Source: Thermoanaerobaculia bacterium (lineage in GTDB: Bacteria > Acidobacteriota > Thermoanaerobaculia > Multivoradales > UBA5704). From it: 64,000 nt of DNA. The position numbers and the translations under genes are program-made. Positions 28,724 through 37,036 of this stretch are shown piece by piece; positions within the stretch are counted from its first letter, which is position 1; each line of letters begins with the position of its first letter. Below the pieces are notes generated by a model. That model saw only the letters and a list, made by a program, of their open reading frames with translations. It made no database searches and was not told the DNA's origin. The stretch lies in assembly GCA_035995205.1 (NCBI GenBank), contig DASYKS010000002.1:51026-115025 (forward strand). Reading direction: 5' to 3'.

Positions 28724-29980
28724 ATGAAGCGTTTCGCCCTCCTCGCCGTCAGCGTGGCGCTCGCGGGCTCCATGGCGACCGCCGATCTCGCCGCCCAGGC
28801 GCCGCGGCGGCCGTTTCCGCGGCATACGGCGTACGCCGCCGGCTCGATCCTCCCCGGTCATCGGTCCCGGCCGCAGCTCGATGCGGCGGCCTTGGCGTTC
28901 TATCGCCAGTGGCGAGCGCGCTATCTGGTCGCCGGCTGCGGCCCGGGGCGCTATTACGTCTCGGTCAACGCGGACGGCAAGTTTCCGGACCCGGAAGTCC
29001 TCTCGATCTCCGAAGGGCACGGCTACGGCATGCTGCTCACCGCCTACTTTGCCGGCGCCGATCCGGACGCGAAAACCGCCTTCGACGGTCTCTATCGCTA
29101 CTTCCGCGACCATCCGAGCGACCGATATCCGAACGTGATGGCCTGGAAACAGCTCGCCGATTGCGCCGACGCGCCGGACGGCCAAGACACGGCGACCGAC
29201 GGAGATCTCGACATCGGTTACGCCCTCTTGCTCGCCGACCGGCAGTGGGGAAGCGCCGGGGCGATCAACTACCTGGCGGAGGCACGAAAGGTGATCCGGG
29301 CGATCCGCGCGGTTGAGCTCCATCCGGTCGATGCGACAATCCAGCTCGGCAGTTGGGTCTCGACCGATCAACCGCGGCATTTCAACTCGACCCGCACGTC
29401 GGACTTCATGCCCGGTCATTTCAAGGCGTTCCGTCTCGCCACCGGCGACGCGCGCTGGGCGACCGCGGCGAATCGCGTCTATGTCCTGGTCAAGCGCATG
29501 CAGACGGTCTATTCCCCCGCGACCGGTCTGCTCCCCGATTTCATCGAAAGGACGAACGCGGTAGCCCGCCCGGCGAGCCCCGGCTTCCTCGAAGGTCCGG
29601 CCGACGGCGCCTACTTCTACAACGCCTGCCGAACCCCGTGGCGCCTCGGTCTCGACGCTCTGCTCTCGGGCGATGTCCGCGGTCGGACCGCGGTGCGAAA
29701 GATCTCCACCTTCCTCCGAACGGCGGCGGCGGGCGACCCCGAACGGCTGCGCGCCGGTTTTCGGCTCGACGGCCGAAACCTTCCCGGCAACGACTACACC
29801 GACCTCTCCTTCTTGGCCCCGGCCACCGTCGGCGCCCTGCTCGACCCCGAGCATCCCGAATGGGTCGAGGGCCTCTGGGACGAGATCGTCAGCGCCCCGA
29901 TCCAAGAGGCGGACTACTACGGCAACACCCTCAAGGCGCTCGCCCTGCTCGCCGCCTCGGGCAATGCTTGGCAGCCGTAG
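28724..29980 (+). CDS. glycoside hydrolase family 8 (endoglucanase/chitosanase-like), secreted
   Basis: 418 aa. It has a signal peptide. Motifs: ISEGHGYGML (the GH8 catalytic Glu motif), DGDLDIGYALLLAD and YNACRTPWR. Confidence 0.75.
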   Translation: MKRFALLAVSVALAGSMATADLAAQAPRRPFPRHTAYAAGSILPGHRSRPQLDAAALAFYRQWRARYLVAGCGPGRYYVSVNADGKFPDPEVLSISEGHGYGMLLTAYFAGADPDAKTAFDGLYRYFRDHPSDRYPNVMAWKQLADCADAPDGQDTATDGDLDIGYALLLADRQWGSAGAINYLAEARKVIRAIRAVELHPVDATIQLGSWVSTDQPRHFNSTRTSDFMPGHFKAFRLATGDARWATAANRVYVLVKRMQTVYSPATGLLPDFIERTNAVARPASPGFLEGPADGAYFYNACRTPWRLGLDALLSGDVRGRTAVRKISTFLRTAAAGDPERLRAGFRLDGRNLPGNDYTDLSFLAPATVGALLDPEHPEWVEGLWDEIVSAPIQEADYYGNTLKALALLAASGNAWQP

Positions 29981-29995
29981 AACGGAGATAGGCCG

Positions 29996-30247
29996 GAAGC
30001 CACCCAGAAATTCGCTGAAGCGACCCGGATGATCGCCGAGGCCATCCGGCCGAACGGTGAAGTCACCGAGGCGAACCCTGAAGCCACAGACTGGGACGGT
30101 GAAGCCACCGAGAAATTCACTGAAGCCACCGAGAAATTCGCTGAAGCCACTGAGAAAACCCCCGAAGCCACCGAGAAATTCACTGAAGCCACGCAGAAAA
30201 CCTCTGAAGTCCCCCAGAAATTCGCTGAAGCCACACAAAGTGCCTAA
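29996..30247 (+). repeat. array 1, forward arm: 12 exactly phased 21-bp tandem units (core GAAGCCACC plus a variable 12-mer)
   Basis: Units start at 29996, 30017, 30038, 30059, 30080, 30101, 30122, 30143, 30164, 30185, 30206 and 30227. The best copies read GAAGCCACCGAGAAATTC(A/G)CT. Confidence 0.9.
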
Positions 30248-30249
30248 TT

Positions 30250-30560
30250 CTTCGGTGGCTCGACCGATTGATCGGTCCAATTCGTTGAATTTCTCGGTGA
30301 CTTCACCCTTGGGTTGGGTGGTTTCAGCCGTTCGATGGGTGGTTGGAGGGAACTTTTGCGCTACTTGGGCGGCCGTTTGTGTGGCTTCAGGGGTTTTCTC
30401 GGTGGCTTCAGCGAATTTCTCGGTGGCTTCGCACGGTCCGTCTGTTGCTTCGGGGCGTTTTGCGGTGCTTCACCCCCGTTTTGCGTGGCTTGGACGCCCA
30501 AACTGCGTGACTTCACGGAAAATTCTGTGTGGCTTCGCGTGAAGCCCCGCGAGGCTTGGA
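30250..30560 (-). repeat. array 1, reverse arm: about 14-15 units of the same family in inverted orientation (period 20-22 bp, more degenerate)
   Basis: GGTGGCTTC-type cores end at 30261, 30304, 30325, 30346, 30367, 30388, 30409, 30430, 30451, 30471, 30492, 30514 and 30536. The segment 30381-30430 is the reverse complement of 30122-30171 (48/50). Confidence 0.85.
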
Positions 30561-30641
30561 CCTTCGGTCGCGGGTTTTGAGAGGTTCCCGAGAGTTGCCC
30601 TCTCCCGGAGACCTCGTTTTAAGATTGGGCCTTCAGCCAAA

Positions 30642-31535
30642 ATGGAGAGCTACCCCATGACCATCGCCGCATCTCCGACCGAACCGAACGCCCCGACAAC
30701 GATCACCGAGCACGAGATGCAGCAGGTCGAGCGCGCGAACGCCACGGGGCGGCAACCGGTCGTGTTCGTCCACGGCCTTTGGCTGCTGCCGAGCAGCTGG
30801 GATCGCTGGGCGACCGTCTTCGAGGAGGCGGGTTACACCGCGCTCACGCCCGGCTGGCCGGACGATCCGGAGACTGTGGAAGAGGCGAACGCGCACCCGG
30901 AGGTCTTCGCCCACAAGACCGTGGCACAAGTCGCGGACCACTTCGACCAGATCGTTCGCGCGCTACACAAGAAACCGGCGATCGTCGGCCATTCGTTCGG
31001 CGGCCTGCTCGCGCAGATCCTCGCCGGCCGCGGCTGCTCCTCGGCCACGGTGGCGATCGATCCCGCTCCCTTCCGCGGAGTCCTGCCGCTCCCTTTGTCC
31101 GCGCTCAAATCCGCCTGGCCGGTGCTCGGCAATCCGGCCAACCGAAACCGCGCGATCCCGCTCACCTATGACCAATTCCGCTACGCCTTCGCCAACGCCG
31201 TGAGCGAAGAAGAGGCCAAGGAGCTGTACGCCACCTTCGCCGTTCCGGCCGCCGGCGCGCCGCTCTTCCAGGCCGCGGCCGCCAACCTCAACCCGTGGAC
31301 CGAGGTGAAAGTCGACACCGAAAACCCGGAGCGCGGCCCCCTCCTGATCATCTCCGGCCAAAAGGACCACACCGTCCCCTGGGCGATCGCCAACGCGTCC
31401 TTCGAGCGAGAGAAGAGAAACGAAGGCGTGACCGAGATCGTCGAGATCCCCAACCGGGGCCATGCCTTGACGATCGACAGCGACTGGCGCGAAGTCGCGG
31501 ACACGGCGCTCGCCTTCGTCCGGCGCTTCGTCTAG
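30642..31535 (+). CDS. alpha/beta-fold hydrolase
   Basis: 297 aa. VVFVHGLWLLPSSW is followed by the nucleophile elbow VGHSFGG. Confidence 0.75.
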   Translation: MESYPMTIAASPTEPNAPTTITEHEMQQVERANATGRQPVVFVHGLWLLPSSWDRWATVFEEAGYTALTPGWPDDPETVEEANAHPEVFAHKTVAQVADHFDQIVRALHKKPAIVGHSFGGLLAQILAGRGCSSATVAIDPAPFRGVLPLPLSALKSAWPVLGNPANRNRAIPLTYDQFRYAFANAVSEEEAKELYATFAVPAAGAPLFQAAAANLNPWTEVKVDTENPERGPLLIISGQKDHTVPWAIANASFEREKRNEGVTEIVEIPNRGHALTIDSDWREVADTALAFVRRFV

Positions 31536-31539
31536 AGGC

Positions 31540-32532
31540 TTACAGATCCTCTTCCGTCGGAGGAACGTCGTAGATTTCGATCAGGTCCTGGAACCGGGCG
31601 GCGAGCTTCTTCCCCGCGGCGGCGGAGAGAGGGCCGTCGGGCCAAGCGCTCCGGATCTCGTCGATCGCCTTCTCCGCCCCCGCCCGGTCCGGAGGCGGGA
31701 TCCGATCGAAAAATCGCTCGTTGGCTCCCTCGGAGAAGAACGCGTCTCGCGGCCCGAGAGCGGCCAGACGGCCGGCCTCCCCGCGGGCTCCGAGCTCGAA
31801 GATGTGAAGGTCTGGTTCGTGGTCGTTGTCTCGCCGGAAGGCGCCTTCGAGGGTGCGGAGCGCGGTCAGGCGCTCGGGCTTCGGGACGCTCGCCTGCTGC
31901 AGTCGGTCCCTGGCCTTTTCCACCGCCGCCTGATCTTCCGGCGAGGGGAAGTTGGCATAGGTGAACAGAACTCCGAGGCACTGGGCGAAGTCCGAGATCT
32001 GCTGCTCGTCGCCGCCTTCGATCGCGACGCTCAGGTTGACCAGCGTCGCCCCCGCCTGGAACGCGACCACGTCGTGCAGAACGATCGCCTCTTGCTCCAC
32101 CCCGCGTTGCGCGTCGAAAGGCTCCAGCTCGCGGGCGAGCGGTCCGGGATTCGCCAGAGGCGCGGTCAGGCTCGCAAAATCCACCGGCGGTAGCGGTCGA
32201 AGGTGCCACCAGACCGATAACCCCACCCCGACCACCAGCACCGCGGCGAGTGCCTGCCACGCGGGCCGCATGACCGACCACCCCGCCTTGCGGCCGAACG
32301 GCAGCACCTTGCCCTTCTCCTCGGCTTCCTCCCGCGCCCGTTCGTCGCTCTGGAACCGCACCGATTCGGTGTAGATCTCGTAACACTCCGCGCAGTGATC
32401 GAGGTGACCGGCCACCTCCTCCCGCTCGGGAGGGCCGAGGCGGCTCTCGATAAACGCTGCGATCGCTTCAAGTTGCGGATGTGGGCTCAACAGCGGTTCT
32501 CCCCCGGGCCGGCCTGTGATTCTGGGTGACAC
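31540..32532 (-). CDS. membrane-spanning zf-HC2 anti-sigma-factor-like protein
   Basis: 330 aa with a GTG start. It has HLDHCAEC (H-x3-C-x2-C), one TM helix (WQALAAVLVVGVGLSVWW) and a periplasmic C-terminal domain. No sigma gene lies upstream. Confidence 0.6.
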   Translation of the reverse strand: MSPRITGRPGGEPLLSPHPQLEAIAAFIESRLGPPEREEVAGHLDHCAECYEIYTESVRFQSDERAREEAEEKGKVLPFGRKAGWSVMRPAWQALAAVLVVGVGLSVWWHLRPLPPVDFASLTAPLANPGPLARELEPFDAQRGVEQEAIVLHDVVAFQAGATLVNLSVAIEGGDEQQISDFAQCLGVLFTYANFPSPEDQAAVEKARDRLQQASVPKPERLTALRTLEGAFRRDNDHEPDLHIFELGARGEAGRLAALGPRDAFFSEGANERFFDRIPPPDRAGAEKAIDEIRSAWPDGPLSAAAGKKLAARFQDLIEIYDVPPTEEDL

Positions 32533-32843
32533 GCGGTGCTCGATCCCATTGGACGGACAAGACTACGTCCGTTACCGCCTGGATCGCGACGAATAGTTAC
32601 AAATCGCTCCGGCGGGCGCCACGGCTAGCCCTTTTTTCTGCTTGCGCGGTGAAAACCCGGTCTTGCGTCCGTCTCCTCCTGCAAGATGTCGCCAGGCTCG
32701 TTGAAAACTGGGGCCAAGCCTACGTGCCAATCCTGCCAGGTTAGCGTAAACTCTTGGCATCAGGCTTCAAAACAACTTTTCGGTCGAAAGGGCAACCCGC
32801 GGGCAATCCTTCTCTTGACCGCTGCCCGCACCCTCCATGAGCT

Positions 32844-35800
32844 ATGCGAACCGATCTCGCCCTGATTTCATTAGACCGTCCCGCAAGGCGCTGGGGTTGG
32901 ACTTCGAGGGCTGGAGCCTGTGCGCTCCACACGCAAAATCGGCTACCGCTCGCGATCGAACTCTGCATAGCCATCATGAGTCTCGTGTTCATATCTGGAG
33001 GATGCCCCTCGAAGGCGCAGAAGTGCGATGCAGAGCTCAGTGTTCTACGGCAGGTTTCAAGGGGCAAATTGATCTTCCTGGGGCGTTTCACCGGAGATCC
33101 TTCTTTTCTGCGGTCCAGAGAAGATCAGAGTGGCGAAAGGCCCTTGTCCCGAGTCGTGGCTGGCCTCCGACAATGTTTGGAGCAGGAAGGTTCACCCAGA
33201 GCGATCCACGACATCGGACTTCTTGACTTCTTTCAAGGACGGTTTCGTCAAGCGGCTCTCTCCTTCGAAGCGGCAGCGGTCGCAGAGCCTTTAAATGCCC
33301 TATTCCTAAATGACCTGGCGGTTGCTCGTCTTGCATTCTCGAAGCTGCACCCCGAGAATCTTCCCGCTGCTCTGGCTGCGGTCGACGAGGCACTTAAGGT
33401 TAAGCCAGCACTGGAAGAGGCGTGGTTTAACCGAGGCGAGATTCTTTCACTTCTTGGTTTGAAGTACCAAGCGGCCTCCGCTTGGGAAACTTATCTTCTA
33501 CTCGACGGATCTTCTTCCTGGAGCGCTGTCGCACGAGCTCGTGAAGCGAACCTCGCCCTGCCTTCAATCGAGGAAACATGGAGCCGTCAGCTGCGCGAGA
33601 TCAAGCAACTAGGCGTGAGCCCCTCAGCCGCGCAAGCGGTTGTAAACAGGTTCCCACACGCAGCAAGGCTCTACGTGGAGGAGGAAGTGCTCTCCGGTTG
33701 GGCCGACGCGACGCTTCAAAATAATCCAGGTCGGGCAGAAACCCAACTGGCAACCGCACGGGCGATCGGGCACGCGGTCTTTAATCGGACCGCGGATCCT
33801 ATGACGCGCGATGCCGTGAATATTATCGATCAAGCGCGGGAGGTAGGGAATTCCGGCCTTCTCAATCAACTAGCCTTGGCCCATGCAGCATTCGGTCGCG
33901 CTATAAAGCTCTACAAGGAGCAGGATCTGGAGGAGGCCCATTCTTTGTTTGTCCGAGCCGCGAGTGGACTTGGAGCTTCGGGTAGCCCTTTTGTAGGTTG
34001 GGCTGAGTTCTACTCCTCTCTCTGCGACCATTACTCTGATTCCGAGGGAGCCCTGCAAGCGTACGAACATCTTAAAGAGACATTCGGTTCGACGCCATAT
34101 TCGACTCTTGCTGCTCGCATCGAGTGGATGCTCGGAACTGTCGAGAGCAACCGTAATCAGCCCGAGGTCGGTCTAAACCATTTCCACGCCGCCTTGAGTC
34201 GCCTCGACTCAAGCATTGGTTTTCAAGCCTCGGCCTTCGTTCACGTTCTCCTTGCAGAAGCATACAAAACGCTAGGTGACCAGGATAACGCCTGGCGGGC
34301 GCGGCTAGCGGCTCTTCCAATGCTCGCTCATTTAGGTGATCGCCGCCGACTGCATGCCGCCCTCTGGGAGGCGTCCGACGCACTTCTTCGGCAGAAGGCT
34401 ACTCGACCGGCCCTCGACGTGATCGAGGAAATGCTGGCTAATGACGAGTTGTGGGCGAATCCGGGCGCATTGGCCGAAGCACTGCAAATCAAGACAGAAG
34501 CGCTTCAGGCTTTAGGTAGATCTCACGAAGCTCTGGAAACTGCGCGGAGGGGCCTCAATTTAGTACGTATGATGCCCCCAAGTGCGCAAAGGGAACGAAT
34601 CGAAGTGGCACTTCAGCTTGCTGAAGGAGAGTCTCTTTCAGCAGATCAACCTCGGCGCGCGATCGAAATCTTAAGCGAAGCTCTTGAGAGCGATCTCAAT
34701 CGCGGGTTCTTCTTTCGAGAGGTGCGCCTCCGAATCGCTCGGGCGCAAGCGGCCGCAGCAATGGGACGGGTGGCGCTCGCCAAGTCAGATCTTCTTCAAG
34801 TAATCGCCGAACAGGAACAAATTCGCCGAAAAGTCGCGGATCGACAGCTGCGACTGAGTTACTTCTCGGGTGTTCAGGCTGCGTTCGACTTAATGGTTAG
34901 CATTCAACTTGCAGGCAGGGATAGTGCCGCTGAGATCCTAGAAATTGCAGAACGAGCCCGCGCCCGCCAGTTTCTTGACTCACTCCTCCTGCTAGATGGA
35001 AGCAGGATCCGCGGTAACGTGGGTATGCAGCCTCAGCGGCTTGCCGAGATCATTAAACACTTACCTCTTCGTACGACGCTTGTAGAATTCTTCGTCTTGC
35101 CAGATCAGTTGGTTGTTTGGACTATACATGCTGGAGTTCTGAGCGAATCTAAACAAAGAGTCGATCGAGAGACACTTAAGGGAGAGGTTCATACATTTCG
35201 CCTTGCTCTCGCAAGGCACGGTACAATTCACGAGATCCAGGCCGCGGGCGCCCGTGTCTTTAACCGGCTTCTGCGGCCTTCTCTGGCGGGACTTCCAAAT
35301 GAATCCCTTGTCCTCGTCCCCGACCGCTTCCTTCTTGATGTGCCATTTGCCGCACTCTACGATTCCCAGAGGCGCCGGTTTTTGCTCGAGGACCGGGAGA
35401 TCATGCTGGCGCCTAGCGCATCGTTTTTTCTCTCGACCGCTGAGAGAGAGCCCGCACCCGAATATAAGGATGGCATAGATGCTCTCGTCTTCGGCAATCC
35501 AGCATTTGATTCGAAGCGTTCAAGAGACCTTTCTCGCCTGCCGGCTGCCGCTGCGGAAGCCGCCGGTGTCGCAGCCCAATATTCGTCATCGCGGCTATTG
35601 CTAGATGCTTTCGCGACACGAGAGGTATTCACTCGCGAAGCGGGGAACTGGAAGGTCGTACATTTCGCTGGCCATGCCCTCGACGATGCCGATACGCCCG
35701 ATCGCTCGCGGCTGGTATTCGCTCCAGATAGAAGAGGTGATCCCGGGTTCCTTTACGCCTCGGATATCGTTGGCTTGCCATTTAGAAAGACTCAGCTCAT

Positions 35801-36101
35801 AGTACTGTCGGCCTGTCAATCCGTTAGTGAGGATAAGGGCCGAGAGGGCTTTTCTGGCCTTGTAGCAAGTTTCCTTTCGGCAGGAGTGCCAGCAGTTATT
35901 GCAAGTTTATCCGACGTCAGAGATCGTGCGGCCCGAGATCTGATGCTTGATTTTCATCGACAGCTTGCGGCAGGAATGCCCGCGGTTGCGGCACTGAGGT
36001 TTGCTCAGTTGAGCATGATGCGTAGGCCCGCTAGTCGATCTCCCGCAGATTGGGCAAGTTTTGAAATTTTTGGCCGTAATCAGGCCAGGAGGGCGCAATG
36101 A
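32844..36101 (+). CDS. TPR-repeat / CHAT-domain (caspase-like) protease; start uncertain (32844 or ATG at 32976)
   Basis: 1085 aa. The long helical-repeat region contains, for example, AWFNRGEILSLLGLKYQAASAWETYL. The C-terminal CHAT domain has the catalytic His in VVHFAGHA and the Cys in IVLSACQS. No signal peptide. G+C is visibly lower than the flanks. Confidence 0.85.
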   Translation: MRTDLALISLDRPARRWGWTSRAGACALHTQNRLPLAIELCIAIMSLVFISGGCPSKAQKCDAELSVLRQVSRGKLIFLGRFTGDPSFLRSREDQSGERPLSRVVAGLRQCLEQEGSPRAIHDIGLLDFFQGRFRQAALSFEAAAVAEPLNALFLNDLAVARLAFSKLHPENLPAALAAVDEALKVKPALEEAWFNRGEILSLLGLKYQAASAWETYLLLDGSSSWSAVARAREANLALPSIEETWSRQLREIKQLGVSPSAAQAVVNRFPHAARLYVEEEVLSGWADATLQNNPGRAETQLATARAIGHAVFNRTADPMTRDAVNIIDQAREVGNSGLLNQLALAHAAFGRAIKLYKEQDLEEAHSLFVRAASGLGASGSPFVGWAEFYSSLCDHYSDSEGALQAYEHLKETFGSTPYSTLAARIEWMLGTVESNRNQPEVGLNHFHAALSRLDSSIGFQASAFVHVLLAEAYKTLGDQDNAWRARLAALPMLAHLGDRRRLHAALWEASDALLRQKATRPALDVIEEMLANDELWANPGALAEALQIKTEALQALGRSHEALETARRGLNLVRMMPPSAQRERIEVALQLAEGESLSADQPRRAIEILSEALESDLNRGFFFREVRLRIARAQAAAAMGRVALAKSDLLQVIAEQEQIRRKVADRQLRLSYFSGVQAAFDLMVSIQLAGRDSAAEILEIAERARARQFLDSLLLLDGSRIRGNVGMQPQRLAEIIKHLPLRTTLVEFFVLPDQLVVWTIHAGVLSESKQRVDRETLKGEVHTFRLALARHGTIHEIQAAGARVFNRLLRPSLAGLPNESLVLVPDRFLLDVPFAALYDSQRRRFLLEDREIMLAPSASFFLSTAEREPAPEYKDGIDALVFGNPAFDSKRSRDLSRLPAAAAEAAGVAAQYSSSRLLLDAFATREVFTREAGNWKVVHFAGHALDDADTPDRSRLVFAPDRRGDPGFLYASDIVGLPFRKTQLIVLSACQSVSEDKGREGFSGLVASFLSAGVPAVIASLSDVRDRAARDLMLDFHRQLAAGMPAVAALRFAQLSMMRRPASRSPADWASFEIFGRNQARRAQ

Positions 36102-37036
36102 ACGAGTATACGCTTGAGTTATCCTTCTCAGGTCTCTGCCTTTTCACGTTTCACGGAGACCGCAAGAAACCAGACGAAGTGAATGTGCTCTTCCTCGCAT
36201 CAGAAGGATGTCACGAAGGACACCAGAATCAGAGCGCTAGTGATCTGCACACCCCACGCTTGACCTTTAGTCCTCAAGACCTTGAGGAAGCAAGCGTTCC
36301 TTATGACCTATTTCCAGATCTTGACGGGCGACAGTTAGCTATTCTGCGTCTGCCGGATCTTCCGATGGAGATCGTTGCCCCATCTAGAAGTGAATTACTC
36401 GCTTGCTGGCGAGATGAAGACAGGTACAATGATCTCCCGAAATCGCCGCCGACTGACTCCGATGAAACTTGGCTTGACTGGATCCCTTCTCTTAGACTGG
36501 TAAACCCTGAGACCCCAATTCCCACGGAGGAGGTTCCTTGGCTCGGACTCCGACCGGTTGTAATACCGCGGTTACGCCTGACAAAAGGGGATCTGAGTGC
36601 CGCATTCTTTTTGCGCGACAGAAACAACGATTACGTTTTTTGGGAATTTAAGGCGAGCGAGTCGGACGAGGCAATCGATTACCAGGCTATGGCCGGGATC
36701 ATCCGTTTAGAAATCCATGGTATTCCCGTGGAGGAGTCGGTTGAGATCGTCGCGGACGACGGGAAGTTTGAAGTCTCACTTCGGCCTCGACGATATCCGG
36801 ACGGGACGGTAGCTGACCGTGTGCGCGCGAGTTTCACGAATCTAGTCTCGGTCGACCCGAGGTTTCCTCCAAACGTTCTCGAACATTTTATACATTTTTA
36901 CGACCTCGTTGAATTCGGGGGGCGTCGGCCTAAGCTGCGAGTTCCCTACGCTCGCAGTGCGCCGATCACATCTGGGACAACTTACTGCCCAGTGAGCACT
37001 CACGGTGGGACTTCCACAGGGAGATGTAAAGAGTGA
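36098..37036 (+). CDS. orphan hypothetical protein (312 aa) in the CHAT-S8 operon
   Basis: Strong SD (AGGAGGG) 7 nt upstream. ATGA overlap with the CHAT gene stop and GTGA overlap with the S8 gene start. No motif that I recognise, and no signal peptide or TM helix. Confidence 0.75.
   Translation: MNEYTLELSFSGLCLFTFHGDRKKPDEVNVLFLASEGCHEGHQNQSASDLHTPRLTFSPQDLEEASVPYDLFPDLDGRQLAILRLPDLPMEIVAPSRSELLACWRDEDRYNDLPKSPPTDSDETWLDWIPSLRLVNPETPIPTEEVPWLGLRPVVIPRLRLTKGDLSAAFFLRDRNNDYVFWEFKASESDEAIDYQAMAGIIRLEIHGIPVEESVEIVADDGKFEVSLRPRRYPDGTVADRVRASFTNLVSVDPRFPPNVLEHFIHFYDLVEFGGRRPKLRVPYARSAPITSGTTYCPVSTHGGTSTGRCKE

Noticed and set aside
30029-30247. 72-aa ORF encoding (EATEKFT)n over the forward arm of array 1
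   Set aside because: There is no convincing SD. The mirrored arm carrying the same units is not maintained in frame (20-22-bp steps, in-frame stops). This argues that the repeat is selected at DNA/RNA level rather than as protein. It is not fully excluded.
28481-30280. 599-aa minus-strand ORF
   Set aside because: It is antisense to the GH8 gene. Its N-terminal (GFSEFLG)n part is just the reverse-frame reading of the 21-bp array.
29996-30560. CRISPR interpretation of the 21-bp arrays (also 62267-62836)
   Set aside because: The whole period is 21 bp (core about 9-11 bp plus a variable 10-12 bp), far below CRISPR repeat and spacer sizes. The arrays are two inverted arms, and no cas genes are in the window.
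32526-33091. Small ORFs in the anti-sigma/CHAT intergenic region (32526..32744, 32572..32760, 32741..33091)
   Set aside because: They are short, lack an SD, have biased or implausible sequence, and overlap each other. None resembles an ECF sigma factor.
36098-37036. Calling the 312-aa operon protein a bacterial gasdermin
   Set aside because: The genomic context (next to CHAT and S8 proteases) is suggestive. But I see no N-terminal Cys near positions 3-4, nor any sequence resemblance to gasdermins that I can verify by eye. It is left as unknown.
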